Source: a plasmid. From it: a stretch of 64,000 nt of DNA. The position numbers and the translations under genes are program-made. Each line of letters starts with the position of its first letter. The first letter of the stretch is position 1. The stretch is from sequence record NZ_CP019209.1. One strand, given 5' to 3'. The notes under the pieces were generated by a model, which was not told the origin of the DNA, did no database searches, and saw nothing but the letters and a program-made list of their open reading frames with translations. This document shows, piece after piece, positions 31,772 through 43,525 of the stretch.

Positions 31772-33274
31772 CTAATTATCTTTTCCTAATATTTGATTGA
31801 TTTCTTGACTTAATAAGTCAGCTTTCCCTCCAAAAACAGCTTGGATGCCACCCTTCACTTCGAAGACAGCAGTTGCACCAGTGTCTTTTATTGTTTGTTT
31901 TTGAATAATCTCCCCATTTGTAACAGCAACACGCAAACGAGTTGCACAAGCTTCAACAGACTCAATATTTTCTTTTCCACCAAGAGCTTCAATAATGATA
32001 AGAGACTCTTCATGTAATGATGTATTTTTGTTTATTACTTTTTCAGAATGAACTTCTGATTCTTCTTCCATTCCAGGAATAGCTACCTTAAATTTTTTGA
32101 TAAAGAATGTAAAAACAAAGAAATATATAAATGCCCATGCAATACCAAAAGGAATTAATTTTAACCAATTAGTTTTGTCATTCCCTTGAAGTACACCGAA
32201 TAATAAAAAGTCGATCAAACCACCTGAAAAGGAATTCCCTACACGAATATTTAAGATATCAGCAAAATAAAAAGATAATCCATCTAAGAATGCATGAATC
32301 ACATAAAGCCAAGGAGCAACAAATAAAAACATATATTCAACTGGTTCAGTAATTCCAGTTAAAAATGATGTAAGGGCCCCGCTAAAATAAAGCCCACCAT
32401 TCTTTTTACGATTTTTCTTAGGAATTGCACGATACATTGCATAACATGCTGCTGGTAACCCAAACATCATTGTTGCAAATCTTCCTGCAAAAAATCTAGT
32501 ACCATAAGTAAACAGACCAGTGTGGTTTGGATCAGCTAGTTGGGCAAAGAAAATATTTTGGGCTCCAGCAATTGTTGATCCAGCTACAGTTTCGGTACCA
32601 CCTAAAGATGTATACCAGAACAAAGGGTAAATGGTGTGGTGTAGTCCAACAGCACCTGTTAAACGTAATAAAAAACCATATAAAAAAGTTCCTAAACTAC
32701 CCATTTGGGCAATTTGTTCACCAGCAACTACTAAACCATTTTGAATTGGTGGCCAAATTAAATAAAAGAAAGAACCAATAATGATTGCAGCTAAACTAGA
32801 AACAATCGGAATAAATCTTGATCCTCCAAAAAAACCTAAGAATTGTGGTAATTCAATTTTTCTATAACGATTGTGTAAAAATGCAACAGTACCACCAACA
32901 ACAATTGATCCCACTACACCTGTATCTAGTGTTGCATCTTTTGCTGAAAAAAGTTCAAGAAACCCACTAATAGTTGCAGTATATACTAAATAAGCTACTC
33001 CACCAGCTAAACCAGCTGTTCCTTTATCTCCATTTGCAAGTCCTACAGCAATACCAATTGCAAAAATTAGTGCTAGGTTTGCAAAAACTGCATTTCCAGC
33101 ATAACTCATAATACTTAAAATTGTATGCAACCACGGTTGATCTAAAAATGGATAAGCATTTATAGCACTCTCATTTGTTAACGCTCCTCCCAGTCCCAAT
33201 AGTAATCCGGCTACTGGTAATATAGCAATTGGTAACATGAAAGCGCGTCCTAATTGTGAAAATTTTTTAAACAT
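31772..33274 (-). CDS. PTS glucose/GlcNAc-family EIIC-EIIB
   Basis: 500 aa. IIC membrane domain plus C-terminal IIB with CATRLR motif (VEACATRLRVAV). Confidence 0.85.
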   Translation of the reverse strand: MFKKFSQLGRAFMLPIAILPVAGLLLGLGGALTNESAINAYPFLDQPWLHTILSIMSYAGNAVFANLALIFAIGIAVGLANGDKGTAGLAGGVAYLVYTATISGFLELFSAKDATLDTGVVGSIVVGGTVAFLHNRYRKIELPQFLGFFGGSRFIPIVSSLAAIIIGSFFYLIWPPIQNGLVVAGEQIAQMGSLGTFLYGFLLRLTGAVGLHHTIYPLFWYTSLGGTETVAGSTIAGAQNIFFAQLADPNHTGLFTYGTRFFAGRFATMMFGLPAACYAMYRAIPKKNRKKNGGLYFSGALTSFLTGITEPVEYMFLFVAPWLYVIHAFLDGLSFYFADILNIRVGNSFSGGLIDFLLFGVLQGNDKTNWLKLIPFGIAWAFIYFFVFTFFIKKFKVAIPGMEEESEVHSEKVINKNTSLHEESLIIIEALGGKENIESVEACATRLRVAVTNGEIIQKQTIKDTGATAVFEVKGGIQAVFGGKADLLSQEINQILGKDN

Positions 33275-33287
33275 TTTATTTCTCCCC

Positions 33288-33989
33288 CTAACTTAATGCT
33301 TTAACAAATCTTGATGCAATTTCCTGTGGTCGAGTAATAGCACCACCCACAACAATACCTGCAACTCCTATTTTTTTTATCTCTTTTGCTTGTTCTGGAG
33401 TATGAATCCTTCCCTCAGCAATTACACAAATCCCTTCTTCTACCAATTTTTTAATCAAATCTATATCTGGCCCATCTTGTTTTTTACTTTCCTCAGTATA
33501 TCCACTTAAAGTAGTTCCTACAAAATCTATTCCTGCTTTATATGCATTTTTGCCTTCTTCAAATGTAGAAATATCTGCCATAAATAACTGATGAGGATAT
33601 TTTTCTTTTATTTTAGTAATAAAAGAATTTATAGATAGTCCATCATGTCGATTTCTAAGAGTGCAATCAAGAGCGATTACCTCAACACCGGTTTCTACTA
33701 ATTCATCTACTTCTCTCATAGTGGCAGTAATGAATGGAGATTCTGGTGGATAATCTCTTTTAATAATTCCAATCATTGGTAATGATACACACTTTCTAAT
33801 TTCAATAATATCTCGAACAGAATTTGCACGTATACCAACTGCTCCAGCCCTTTGAGCAGCCAAAGCAAAATAAGGCATTAAACTTTCTTCCTCTTTGTAA
33901 AATGGTTCACCAGGTAATGCTTGACAGGAAACAATCAAACCTTTTGAAATAAGATCTAAAAACCTCTTTTTATCCATTATCCTAAACAC
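33288..33989 (-). CDS. nanE: N-acetylmannosamine-6-phosphate 2-epimerase
   Basis: 233 aa; NanE signature [13 protein letters not shown]. First gene of the nanE-PTS-crr operon. Confidence 0.8.
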   Translation of the reverse strand: MFRIMDKKRFLDLISKGLIVSCQALPGEPFYKEEESLMPYFALAAQRAGAVGIRANSVRDIIEIRKCVSLPMIGIIKRDYPPESPFITATMREVDELVETGVEVIALDCTLRNRHDGLSINSFITKIKEKYPHQLFMADISTFEEGKNAYKAGIDFVGTTLSGYTEESKKQDGPDIDLIKKLVEEGICVIAEGRIHTPEQAKEIKKIGVAGIVVGGAITRPQEIASRFVKALS

Positions 33990-34137
33990 TCCAATTTTTT
34001 ATTATTTTTGGATAATAACTCCAAAAACAATATAGCATCCGCTTTCATAAAAGTAAAGATAAAAATGGAGTATTTAGGAGTTTTTTTTATTATTTTGGAG
34101 TATAATGGAGAAAAGTTGAAATTGTAGAGGAGTTTGT

Positions 34138-34956
34138 ATGAGTTATATCTATTTAATTAAAGAAAATTATCCATTTTTAACGAAGTCTGAAAAAAAAGTC
34201 GCTGATTTTATTTTAAATTCTGGGAAAACTATTATTTATAGTACGATGAGTGATATTAAGAAAAACACAAAAGTTGGCGATGCTACTATTATTCGTTTTT
34301 GTCAAAAAATTGGTTTTTCTGGTTTTTCTGATTTAAAAATTGAAATTGCAAAGGAAGACTTTAGTCAAAAAAAAGAACATCCGACTAGTGTAAAGTACTA
34401 TGATGAAATTGCTAATAGTTTAACAGAAGCTCTCTATTCCACTATTAGGCTTTTAGACGAAGAAAAATTGAATGAAGCCATTAAAATGATCACTCAATCA
34501 AAAAACATATATATATTTGGAGTGGGATCTAGTGGAAATACTAGTCTTGATTTAGAAAATATGTTTCTTCGCGTTGGAGTTCAAGCAAAAGCTGTACTAG
34601 ACCCTCATTTTCAAGCTCAAGTCGCTTCTTTATTAACAGTTAATGATTTAGTAATCATTTTTTCTTTATCTGGGAAAACGAAAGATACTTATGATTCATT
34701 GAAAATAGCTAAAAAAAATGGCGCAAAAATTATTGCTATAACTAACTATATTCATTCACCTATAGGAAAGTCTGCAGACTTAGTTTTACAAACAGCCATT
34801 GAAGAATTTCTTAATGGTGGATCTTTAGCTGGAAAAATATCACAACTTTATATTTGTGATCTATTAGTTCATGGTTATGAACAAAACAATAATATTGATT
34901 CAGTTGAATTAAGAGAAAAAGTTTTGTGCTCTATTATTGATAAAAGTATTGAGTGA
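34138..34956 (+). CDS. RpiR/MurR-family regulator (HTH plus SIS), divergent from nanE operon
   Basis: 272 aa. N-terminal HTH_6 (DIKKNTKVGDATIIRFCQKIG), SIS domain. Confidence 0.8.
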   Translation: MSYIYLIKENYPFLTKSEKKVADFILNSGKTIIYSTMSDIKKNTKVGDATIIRFCQKIGFSGFSDLKIEIAKEDFSQKKEHPTSVKYYDEIANSLTEALYSTIRLLDEEKLNEAIKMITQSKNIYIFGVGSSGNTSLDLENMFLRVGVQAKAVLDPHFQAQVASLLTVNDLVIIFSLSGKTKDTYDSLKIAKKNGAKIIAITNYIHSPIGKSADLVLQTAIEEFLNGGSLAGKISQLYICDLLVHGYEQNNNIDSVELREKVLCSIIDKSIE

Positions 34957-34957
34957 A

Positions 34958-35035
34958 CTACCCCACTTAGCTAAACCTAACGGTTTTTAACGATTGAAGT
35001 AGGCAATTCTTGGGATGAGAGCATACTTGATAGCT
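34958..35035 (+). repeat. ~90-bp conserved noncoding element, copy 2
   Basis: Starts inside the rpiR stop codon; ~85% identical to 29463-29555; ends at TACTTGATAG. Confidence 0.6.
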
Positions 35036-35289
35036 TATTTTTTACTAATAGCGGTGGATCTTATTGACCAAATATCCCCGTAGTTCCTACGGTTCTTGAT
35101 TTTATCTAAAAATATTTTTATCGTGGAAGCTATTGATCAACTTGAAAGAAAAACGTGTAGCTCATTATCACTAGTTTATCGAGTATGGATGAAGTAATGG
35201 ATCATCCTCTCTTAAAAGTTTATGATCCTCTTGATTTTTATATTAATTTATCTGTATTTAATACAGATTTTATTTATTAGTTCATCTGC

Positions 35290-35760
35290 CTATTGTATTT
35301 TATTTTGTTGCCTTACCATCTGAAGTAAATATACTCAAAAAATTTTCAAAATTTTTGTCTTTAATTTTTACATTAGCATCTTTCAATATTTTATCGACTA
35401 CTTTATTTTGAAATTCATTGTTGCTCAATTTCGTTTCAGTAGTAATTTCTTTCAATTGTTTTTAGTATTTATCCATTCCGTTGCCTTTATTCTAATTTTT
35501 TACCATTTTTGATTACATAGTATTTATGGATCATAAGTTGAATCATTGGTAGAAGTGATCACATCAGAAATTTGGCCGTCTTTCAACTTAAAAGATGCTT
35601 CTTTGACTGTCACCAGAATCGTTGTATTAGTTGAATCAAACTTCACTTTTCCGTTTTTCGCTATCTTCTTTTACTTTATTGTCTTTGGCTAATTTAGAGA
35701 AATAGTCTCCCTTATCAACAGCTTTCTTCATATCTTTTGCATGAAAAGATTTTCAATCTG
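35290..35760 (-). pseudogene. highly degraded ORF remnants (multiple stops and frameshifts)
   Basis: Minus-strand translation gives protein-like K/D/E-rich segments interrupted by many stops. Confidence 0.25.
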
Positions 35761-35935
35761 TTTTTAGATTTTCATCGATCAATTTGATATGTTTTTTATA
35801 TTTTTTTAGAAATTTATTTTTTGTTTTCACTTTTCGGAATAAATTAGAAATGTCTCTTAATTCCTTCTTATTATATAATTTATATAATCTATTTTTATTT
35901 AACCGTGGTCTCTTATTAAATAACGTGTAAATGAG

Positions 35936-37262
35936 TGAGAGTGTAAAATATTTTGTGTAAATAGAAAAAAGGAAGTCCCTTCTGTAGAATAGAGTTACCA
36001 CAACACATTCACAGAAAAGAGGACTTCCATATGAACGATTTTACTACAGAAATTCTAAAGACTCTAGCGAACAAAGGCGATTTGAATGAATTATTCCGTG
36101 TCCATTTGGAAAAAGCTGTCAATACGCTTCTCAAAACGGAGTTAACGGCTTTCCTCGATTACGAAAAGTACGATTGCATTGGTTTTAACACGGGTAATTC
36201 TCGTAACGGATCCTATGACCGTACGGTCAAGACCGAGTACGGGGAACTTCATCTCCAGATTCCGCGCGACCGCAACGGCGAGTTCAAGCAACAGACTGTT
36301 CCTGCTTATAGACGGACGAATGATACCTTAGAGGAGACCGTCATTCACCTCTTCCGAAAAGGTATTACCATGTCGGAAATCGCAGACTTGATTGAGAAAA
36401 TGTATGGGCATCACTACACGCCCCAAACCATGTCCAACATGACTAAAGTGCTGACTGAAGAAGTAAATGCATTTAAAGTTAGAACTCTAAATGATAAGTA
36501 TGTCGCTATTTTCATGGATGCTACTTATATTCCTTTAAAACGGCAAACCGTCTCCAAAGAAGCAATCTATATTGCCATTGGTATACGAGAAGACGGCACT
36601 AAAGAAGTACTAAGTTATGCGATTGCTCCGACTGAATCGACCTACGTTTGGAATGAGTTGTTACAGGACATTTACTCCAGAGGGGTTCATGATGTCTTAC
36701 TGTTTATTACCGATGGCTTAAAAGGCATGAAAGATACGATTCACCAGATTTATCCTAAAGCTAAATACCAACATTGCTGTGTTCACGTTTCCCGTAATAT
36801 TGCTCATAAAGTACGTGTCAAAGATCGAAAAGAAATCTGTGATGATTTTAAGGCTGTTTATCAAGCTAGCTCAAAGGAAGAGGCAAATACCTTTTTAGGG
36901 AGTATGATTGAGAAGTGGCAGAAAACTTATCCTAAAGTGACGCAGTCACTGATAAAAAATCAAGATTTATTGACTTTTTATGAGTTTCCGCCTGGTATCC
37001 GCCGAAGCATTTACTCAACTAATTTAATCGAATCTTTCAAGAAACAAATCAAGAAATACAGCCGCAGAAAAGAGCAGTTTCAAAATGAAGAATCACTAGA
37101 GCGTTTCCTAGTATCCATCTTTGATACATACAATCAAAAATTCTTAAATAGAAGCCATAAAGGCTTCCAACAAGTGACGGATACATTAGCTTCAATGTTT
37201 ACTGAGTAACCCATTATTTTGCAGAAGGACGTGTTATTTACACAAAATTATTGACGCTCCCA
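35936..37262 (+). mobile_element. IS256-family IS, copy 1
   Basis: Left IR GAGAGTGTAAAATATTTTGTGTAAAT. Right end TTATTTACACAAAATTATTGACGCT is a partly degenerate IR. Confidence 0.75.
36031..37209 (+). CDS. IS256-family (mutator-type) transposase
   Basis: 392 aa; ~90% identical to 50258..51436. Confidence 0.85.
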   Translation: MNDFTTEILKTLANKGDLNELFRVHLEKAVNTLLKTELTAFLDYEKYDCIGFNTGNSRNGSYDRTVKTEYGELHLQIPRDRNGEFKQQTVPAYRRTNDTLEETVIHLFRKGITMSEIADLIEKMYGHHYTPQTMSNMTKVLTEEVNAFKVRTLNDKYVAIFMDATYIPLKRQTVSKEAIYIAIGIREDGTKEVLSYAIAPTESTYVWNELLQDIYSRGVHDVLLFITDGLKGMKDTIHQIYPKAKYQHCCVHVSRNIAHKVRVKDRKEICDDFKAVYQASSKEEANTFLGSMIEKWQKTYPKVTQSLIKNQDLLTFYEFPPGIRRSIYSTNLIESFKKQIKKYSRRKEQFQNEESLERFLVSIFDTYNQKFLNRSHKGFQQVTDTLASMFTE

Positions 37263-37326
37263 TTTTCTCATACAGATTAAATAATCTTAAAATATTTTTA
37301 GGGCAACCAGAATAAAAACTTATACC

Positions 37327-37611
37327 CTAGTACCTCCAGCCTATTCTAGTAAGATTATTAATTTCTCCCCAATTAGAATTATACAGGTGATCTTCACTAT
37401 ATGGATTATACAAACGATAAAGTGCAGTACCCTGATTAGGAGCTAGCCAAGAGACACCTTCATACTTCCAACCATATTTAGGTAAAGAATTCTTTTCACT
37501 TTGATTTAAAGTATATAAATGTTCCCCACTATGAGGATTATATAAACGATACATTTGACTAGTTTGATTCTTGCTACTATCTGTATCATATTTTGTTAAT
37601 CCATATGTTTT
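37327..37611 (-). pseudogene. surface-protein-like tandem-repeat fragment (two ~37-aa YRLYNP-x-SGEHLYT...GW-YEG repeats)
   Basis: ORF 37554..37327 open upstream to ~37611 without a start codon. Internal repeat visible in the translation. Confidence 0.35.
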
Positions 37612-37744
37612 AACAATAGTCTTCTCCTAATCTTACTTAGGACCTACAGTCAATGTCCAAATCAAATTCACTGAATATGAATTTGATGCTAAATCTTTAG
37701 CTAAATTTAACATAAATTAGGCAGAAGTCGCCCATCCTCTATAG

Positions 37745-37944
37745 GTGGGTGATGTGAATCGGCTACACTAGACTAGACAGAAAAAATAAGGTGTGTAGAA
37801 TAATAAAAAACACACTGGAGGATTTTTCATGTCAAGACGTCAACGAAGAACCTATTCAAAAGAATTCAAACAACAAATCGTCGATCTCTATCTCGCTGGT
37901 AAGCCTCGCGCAGAAATTATTCGAGAGTATGAAGTCCTGCAGCG
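37745..37944 (+). mobile_element. IS3-family left end plus first ~38 codons of orfA (truncated)
   Basis: IRL TGTGAATCGGCTACACTAGACTAGACAG and MSRRQRRTYSKEFKQQIVDLYLAGKPRAEIIREYE are identical to the IS3 element at ~52890. Homology ends at 37944. Confidence 0.7.
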
Positions 37945-38719
37945 GAAAAATGAGTTTTGTTTTTATGAATGGGCAGACCCAGCAATTAATCGGTGTATTG
38001 GAGAATCGACGCCTAGCTTTCTTAAAACCATATTTCCTTAATTTCACTCGAAAAGCACGAGCGAACGTAAATTACGTCGTGATGGATATCAATGCCCCTT
38101 ATTTTGAACTTGTAAAGGCGGTCTTCCCAAACGCCAAAATCGTGACCGATCGCTTTCAAATTGTCCAAAAAATCACTCGTGCATTAAATCAGTTGCGAAT
38201 TAAAACAATGAACAGCTTTCAAAAAACGGAACCGACAAAGTATCGACGATTGAGGTGATTCTGGAAATTACTCCTTAAGCATGCTTATGATCTGGATAGT
38301 TCCAATTATCAGTATGATCGATCCTTTCGTAGACCAATGAGCAAAAAGCGATCGTCGATGAACTTTTGAGTTATGATGAGCAATTAACAAGGGCTTACGA
38401 GACTTGTCAACTTCTCCTCAATCACTTTAAACACAAGGATTGCCAAAGCTTTTTCGATACGATCAACAGCTTAGATCAACGCCTGACACAACGGTTTTGT
38501 AAGAAGCTAACGTTTTTAAATAAATACAAATTAGAGATTCAATATGCTTTAAAAACCAAGTATAGTAATGGTGCATTAGAAGGAACAAATAACAAGATAA
38601 AAGTGATAAAGCGAGTAGCCTATGGCTATCGAAATTTCCATAACTTTCGAGCAAGACTTTATCTCATTCAAGGTTTGATCATCCAAGTAAAACAAAAACC
38701 AGTTAAACACTTTGCCTAA
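37945..38719 (+). pseudogene. ISL3-family transposase 3' portion (frameshifted), fused to the IS3 fragment
   Basis: DRFQIVQKITRALNQLR and SNGALEGTNNKIKVIKRVAYGYRNFHNFRARL blocks typical of ISL3 transposases, split over two frames. Confidence 0.6.
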
Positions 38720-39055
38720 CTGGTTATGACTAAATTTTCAGTTGTATCTTTCTCTACCAACACTAAATGTCGATGAGACAAAATCAAGTTCATTCTGTCT
38801 CAAATCGATTTTACACAACCCATCAATACTTATTGGCAAAAAACCAAATATCTAATAAAAATATGCTTAAATAAAATTAGTTTTTATAATAAGATATTAA
38901 TATTTTTCAGAAAAAATTTAAGTTGATTTTTTAATTCTAAATGAAAGAAACTAATTTCGTTATCGTGATACTTCATCTACGCCGATAGCGCAAAAATGCT
39001 AAATTTAAAAATAGTCTTTTCATACTTAACTACAGTTAGAAACATATAGGTAGTT

Positions 39056-40306
39056 CTAATCATTTTTTTCGCTTTTTAGCTTGGCATTATCATCTAATTT
39101 AAAGAATGGATAGTATATCAAAACATTTATTGCAATTGTTATTACTTGAATCACTGCACCACTTATTCGTCCACCAGAAGCTAAAAATCCGGCAATTATC
39201 GGTGGAGTTGTCCATGGGATTGTTGCTCCTACAGGTTTTGCAACTAATCCCATACTCATTGAAAAATAAGTAATTAATGTTGTTACTACTGGTGCAGTTA
39301 CAAATGGAATTAACATTTTTATATTTAATATAGTTGGAAACCCAAATAGAAGGGGCTCTGCTACTTGAAAACTTACTGGAGCGATTGATAACTTACCTAA
39401 AGTTTTATTTTCCTGACTCTTTGAAAAGAAAAATGTTAAAATGGCAAGTGCAAATAAACAACCTGCACCACCAGAAAAAACAAAGTTATATAAGAATTCA
39501 TAAGTTATAATGTTAGGAAGTTCTTTTCCAGCTTGATAAGCAATTCTATTTGCATCAGAGTTTTGCAATAATAACGGTTCAATTATTGGCCCCGTTACCT
39601 GTGCACCATGAATACCAAACATCCAAAAGAAACATTGAATAAGTATAACCAATATAATTCCTGGTAAAGTTTTCGTCAGTAAAGATAGTGGTTTTGCGAG
39701 TGTATCTGCAATAAGAGCATGAACATTTTCAATTCCAAGTTTATAACAAATTACAACAACAATAAACCATAGTAGAACGACAAAAAAGCCAGGAATAATA
39801 GCAACGAAAGCTCGGCTTACATTTGGTGGAACGCTTGCCGGCATTTTAATTGTAATATTTTTAAGTACAAACCACCGGAAAATTTCTGTAGATACAAGTG
39901 CTACAATAATACCAACAAAAAGACCCGAGGTACCAAAGTATTTTGTTGGAAATCCTATAGAACCATCTGCATCCAATAAAGGTGTAAGTAAAACATATCC
40001 ACTCAAAGATAATAATCCTGCTGATAATGAGTCTACACCATAAGTCTTTGCTAGATTGTGTCCCAAAGAGTAGGTAACAGCTAATCCAATAATACCAAAT
40101 GTTGAATCTGATGCTTTGTTCAAAAAGGATTGTACTCCAATTTCAGATAACCATTTTGTAAATCCTTCTATCGGGAAATTTGCTAATAACATAAAAAAGG
40201 AACCAATAATGATTAATGGCATAACTGCAGCCATGCTGTCTCTTAAAGCTAGTAGATGTCTTTGATTACTAATTTTTGCAGCTATTTTTTGAACTTTGTC
40301 GATCAT
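39056..40306 (-). CDS. PTS lactose/cellobiose-family EIIC (orphan; no IIA/IIB nearby)
   Basis: 416 aa, ~10 TM segments, Lac/Cel IIC family features. Confidence 0.75.
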   Translation of the reverse strand: MIDKVQKIAAKISNQRHLLALRDSMAAVMPLIIIGSFFMLLANFPIEGFTKWLSEIGVQSFLNKASDSTFGIIGLAVTYSLGHNLAKTYGVDSLSAGLLSLSGYVLLTPLLDADGSIGFPTKYFGTSGLFVGIIVALVSTEIFRWFVLKNITIKMPASVPPNVSRAFVAIIPGFFVVLLWFIVVVICYKLGIENVHALIADTLAKPLSLLTKTLPGIILVILIQCFFWMFGIHGAQVTGPIIEPLLLQNSDANRIAYQAGKELPNIITYEFLYNFVFSGGAGCLFALAILTFFFSKSQENKTLGKLSIAPVSFQVAEPLLFGFPTILNIKMLIPFVTAPVVTTLITYFSMSMGLVAKPVGATIPWTTPPIIAGFLASGGRISGAVIQVITIAINVLIYYPFFKLDDNAKLKSEKND

Positions 40307-40324
40307 CTTTCATTTCCTCCTTAA

Positions 40325-41251
40325 TTAACGATAATTAGATTTTCCTAACATAATAATTTGATGACGATATCCCCGAATTGCTTGACCCAAAGCAAAAATA
40401 TTTTCTGGAAGACAAATACCATTTAAAGAATCCCCTATGTGTTGAATATCAGCTCCACATGCTTTTGATGCTAATGCAATTTTTTTAATAGTTTCTTGGT
40501 CAGAAGAGTCTTGGCTTGTTCCATTAGCCGTTAGTACTAGAACTTTTTCCTCAATAGATTTATTTCTATTAAAATCTTTTATATAATCAACGATTCCTCG
40601 CAAATCACTTTCCATGAAATACGGAACAGTGTATGGAGCAGGAACTAATAAAATATCTACACCTGTTTTAATAAATCTTTTTGCTATATCTAAGTTCATA
40701 ATTGGTTCATCAACACCAGCACCATGCATTTTTCCAGCGATAATTAATCCATTAAAAATTGATTTGGATAATGTTATTGCTTTCTCAATAGTTCTATTAG
40801 ATACTCCTGTTCCTGGATTTCCAGTTAAACAAATAAAATTAAAGCCTAATTCATTTGCCTTTTTTAAAGTCTCAGGAGAAACGATTCTACCACTTGAAAT
40901 TTCAGTTCGATTTTCACTCATCAAAACTTCTTTGTCTACAGGTTCTAAATTTACACCAATAGCTCTTCCTAAAGCTTTTTTAATCCAGATTATTGGATTC
41001 TCTTTTAGAGTTAAAGGTACACCTGAAATTTGAGGATTAAAAAGATCTAGTGCATTAAACAAAATTAAATCAGCTCCAGCAGCTCTCTCCAATTCTGCAT
41101 TTGTCACTGATTTTCCCATGTAAGGACAGCTACTTGGCACATTTTCTGCCATAATTGTTCTACCTTCAGAAGCCAAAATTGCCTGCTTTAATTCCATCGG
41201 CTTAGCTTTCAAAAAATCTGAAGCTGAATAATCTAACAATCTTTTATTCAT
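40325..41251 (-). CDS. conserved hypothetical protein, 308 aa, in sugar-phosphate catabolic cluster
   Basis: Intact ORF between aldolase and EIIC. Contains FICLTGNPGTGVS and GKMHGAGVD segments. No family confidently recognised from sequence alone. Confidence 0.5.
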   Translation of the reverse strand: MNKRLLDYSASDFLKAKPMELKQAILASEGRTIMAENVPSSCPYMGKSVTNAELERAAGADLILFNALDLFNPQISGVPLTLKENPIIWIKKALGRAIGVNLEPVDKEVLMSENRTEISSGRIVSPETLKKANELGFNFICLTGNPGTGVSNRTIEKAITLSKSIFNGLIIAGKMHGAGVDEPIMNLDIAKRFIKTGVDILLVPAPYTVPYFMESDLRGIVDYIKDFNRNKSIEEKVLVLTANGTSQDSSDQETIKKIALASKACGADIQHIGDSLNGICLPENIFALGQAIRGYRHQIIMLGKSNYR

Positions 41252-41329
41252 ATAAAATATCCTCCCAGTTTCAATAATGATAAATTATAATCACACATAT
41301 CTCTTATCACTACTAATATATTAGAAACA

Positions 41330-42325
41330 TTAACAAGTGCTTTCACTTACTTTCTCATACCATGGGATGGCAGTTTCTCTTATCACTTCATTCAATTGAC
41401 GAATGTTTTGTGTCCCTTGTTCTGTCAGCCATTCTAAAGTTGCCGCTTCTCCTTTTTCAACAAAAGGAGCGACTGCATCTTTCCAAGTTGCTCTGCCACA
41501 GAGTACACCGTTGAATCGTGCCCCAGCATGTTTGGCAAAACGCAATGTCTCCATGAATAATGCCGCTGATACCCCAGCACTTAAGAAGATATACGGCAAA
41601 TCTGTTGCATCGCTTTGTTCTTTAAAATAAGCGGCAGCTTCTTGACGTGTATAGGCGATCTCCCCTGTTGCATTTCCTTCAACAAATGACATGTTTACTG
41701 GTACTTCAACCTTTAAGACATCTACTTTATACTGGGTTTTCGAGAATTCTTTCATCATTTCGATCACTTTGCGCGGTTTTGCTTTGGCATAGGAAAGCGA
41801 TTTCGTATCTACATTTTTAGCATCATATGACAATAACTCTAAATAAAATGGCAGTCCTTCAGCCATGCATTCGCTTCCAATTCGTTCAACAAAAACTTGC
41901 TTTTGCCGATTGATTTCCTCTGCTTCTTCATAATCGTAATACAGTAAAAATTTCACCGCATCCGCACCTAACTCTTTCAATCGCAGAACTGAACAGTCCG
42001 ACAGCAGATCCGGCAAGCGGCCGGGTACGGTTTGATCATAACCAGTTTTTTCATATGCCAACAGCAGACCGCTCGCTGCTGCACGCTTCTGTGCAGCAGG
42101 CAGTCCGTATTCAGGATCCAATAAAATTGCTGAGGCATAAGGAGTCAATTCTTGGGAAATTAGTGTTTTAAACTGCTCAATTTTTTCCTTTGTCGCTTCC
42201 ATCCCTAAAGCCGACATCATTTTCTTCAGCGCGCCTCGCTGATCGATCGCCAAAGCGGTAATAATGCCTTCTGGCGTCGATAGACGTTCCATTGCTTGTC
42301 TTTTATTTTCCGACCATTCTAACAT
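41330..42325 (-). CDS. tagatose-1,6-bisphosphate aldolase, LacD family (second paralogue)
   Basis: 331 aa; [17 protein letters not shown] ... same architecture as 4773..5747. Confidence 0.8.
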   Translation of the reverse strand: MLEWSENKRQAMERLSTPEGIITALAIDQRGALKKMMSALGMEATKEKIEQFKTLISQELTPYASAILLDPEYGLPAAQKRAAASGLLLAYEKTGYDQTVPGRLPDLLSDCSVLRLKELGADAVKFLLYYDYEEAEEINRQKQVFVERIGSECMAEGLPFYLELLSYDAKNVDTKSLSYAKAKPRKVIEMMKEFSKTQYKVDVLKVEVPVNMSFVEGNATGEIAYTRQEAAAYFKEQSDATDLPYIFLSAGVSAALFMETLRFAKHAGARFNGVLCGRATWKDAVAPFVEKGEAATLEWLTEQGTQNIRQLNEVIRETAIPWYEKVSESTC

Positions 42326-42340
42326 GCTTCACACTCTTTC

Positions 42341-43510
42341 CTATTTTTCATATGGATAAATCGTTACGCCTTTGACCACACGATTGACTGTTCCACTTGG
42401 CGATGGTGTATCTGGTGTATTACCAACCTTCACCGAACAAAGTAATGCGATCGTTTGGGCTACCATGATATCTGCTAAAGCAAGATAGCCATCCGGCAGT
42501 AACGAATCTGCAACTAATTCAAAGGAATCACCACTAAACAATGAACCCTTTTGACCAATTCCAACAACGCGTTGGGCAATACCGTCATTTTTGATTTCTT
42601 CCAGCATGTCTACATCGTATTTCTGCGTATATGAGTCATTGCTGACAAACAGGAAAACCAATGTCTGCTCATTGACAAAAGATTTGGGACCATGTCTGAA
42701 TCCTAAAGATGTATCAAATACGGTTGCGATTTTTCCAGCAGTTAACTCGAGAACTTTTAATTGCGCTTCTCTAGTCAATCCGCCTAAGCTTCCCGAACCT
42801 AAGTAAATGATGCGATGAAAGTCTGATGCCAGATACCCTTGGATCTCTGATTCTCGTTGGATGACTTCTTCTCCTAGTCGGCTTAATTGATGAACATATC
42901 TTTCTTTTTGCTGATTGCTTGCTTGATCAAAAATAAGTAGCGCAGTCAGCGTCATACAGCTGAAACTGCTTGTCATAGCAAAACCAGCGTCATTGGCTTT
43001 GTTTGGCATTAGTAAAACTAGATTTTCTTTTTTTGTAGGCATTTGTGTAGCCAATAATCCGTCTGGTGCACAGGTGATCACGATATGATAGATCTTGTTG
43101 ACCAGCTGATTGGCCATCTTAACTGCGGCTAGACTTTCTGGACTATTTCCACTACGGGCAAATGAGACCAAGATCGTTGTCTCATCAGGAATCAGGTATT
43201 CTTTTGGCGTAGCAACGATATCGGTCGAACCAATACTTTGAAAAATAAACTGGTTCGTATTTCCTTGACTAGTAAGAAACGGAATTAGTGTATCTCCCAC
43301 ATATTGCGAGGTTCCGGCCCCTGTAAAAATGACTCGGATTGGTCGCTCTCCAGCATGTTGTTTCGCATCCGTAAACAAACGATCTAAATCTGCAACTGTT
43401 TCTTGATAACGGTCAAACGTCTCATGCCACAGTTCCGGTTGTTGTCGAATTTCTCGGGTAGTATTTTCTGCTCCTAGCTTTCGTAGTTCTTCTTTTGAGA
43501 ACATAAACAT
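42341..43510 (-). CDS. SIS-domain sugar-phosphate isomerase/deaminase (AgaS-like)
   Basis: 389 aa, two SIS domains (GAGTSQYVG..., LGSGSLGGLTREAQLK). Confidence 0.75.
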   Translation of the reverse strand: MFMFSKEELRKLGAENTTREIRQQPELWHETFDRYQETVADLDRLFTDAKQHAGERPIRVIFTGAGTSQYVGDTLIPFLTSQGNTNQFIFQSIGSTDIVATPKEYLIPDETTILVSFARSGNSPESLAAVKMANQLVNKIYHIVITCAPDGLLATQMPTKKENLVLLMPNKANDAGFAMTSSFSCMTLTALLIFDQASNQQKERYVHQLSRLGEEVIQRESEIQGYLASDFHRIIYLGSGSLGGLTREAQLKVLELTAGKIATVFDTSLGFRHGPKSFVNEQTLVFLFVSNDSYTQKYDVDMLEEIKNDGIAQRVVGIGQKGSLFSGDSFELVADSLLPDGYLALADIMVAQTIALLCSVKVGNTPDTPSPSGTVNRVVKGVTIYPYEK

Positions 43511-43525
43511 TTTCTTTCCTCCAAT

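Noticed and set aside
35753-36001. 82-aa minus-strand ORF overlapping the IS256-family left inverted repeat
   Set aside because: Low-complexity K/L/Y-rich translation spanning an IS terminus; most likely spurious
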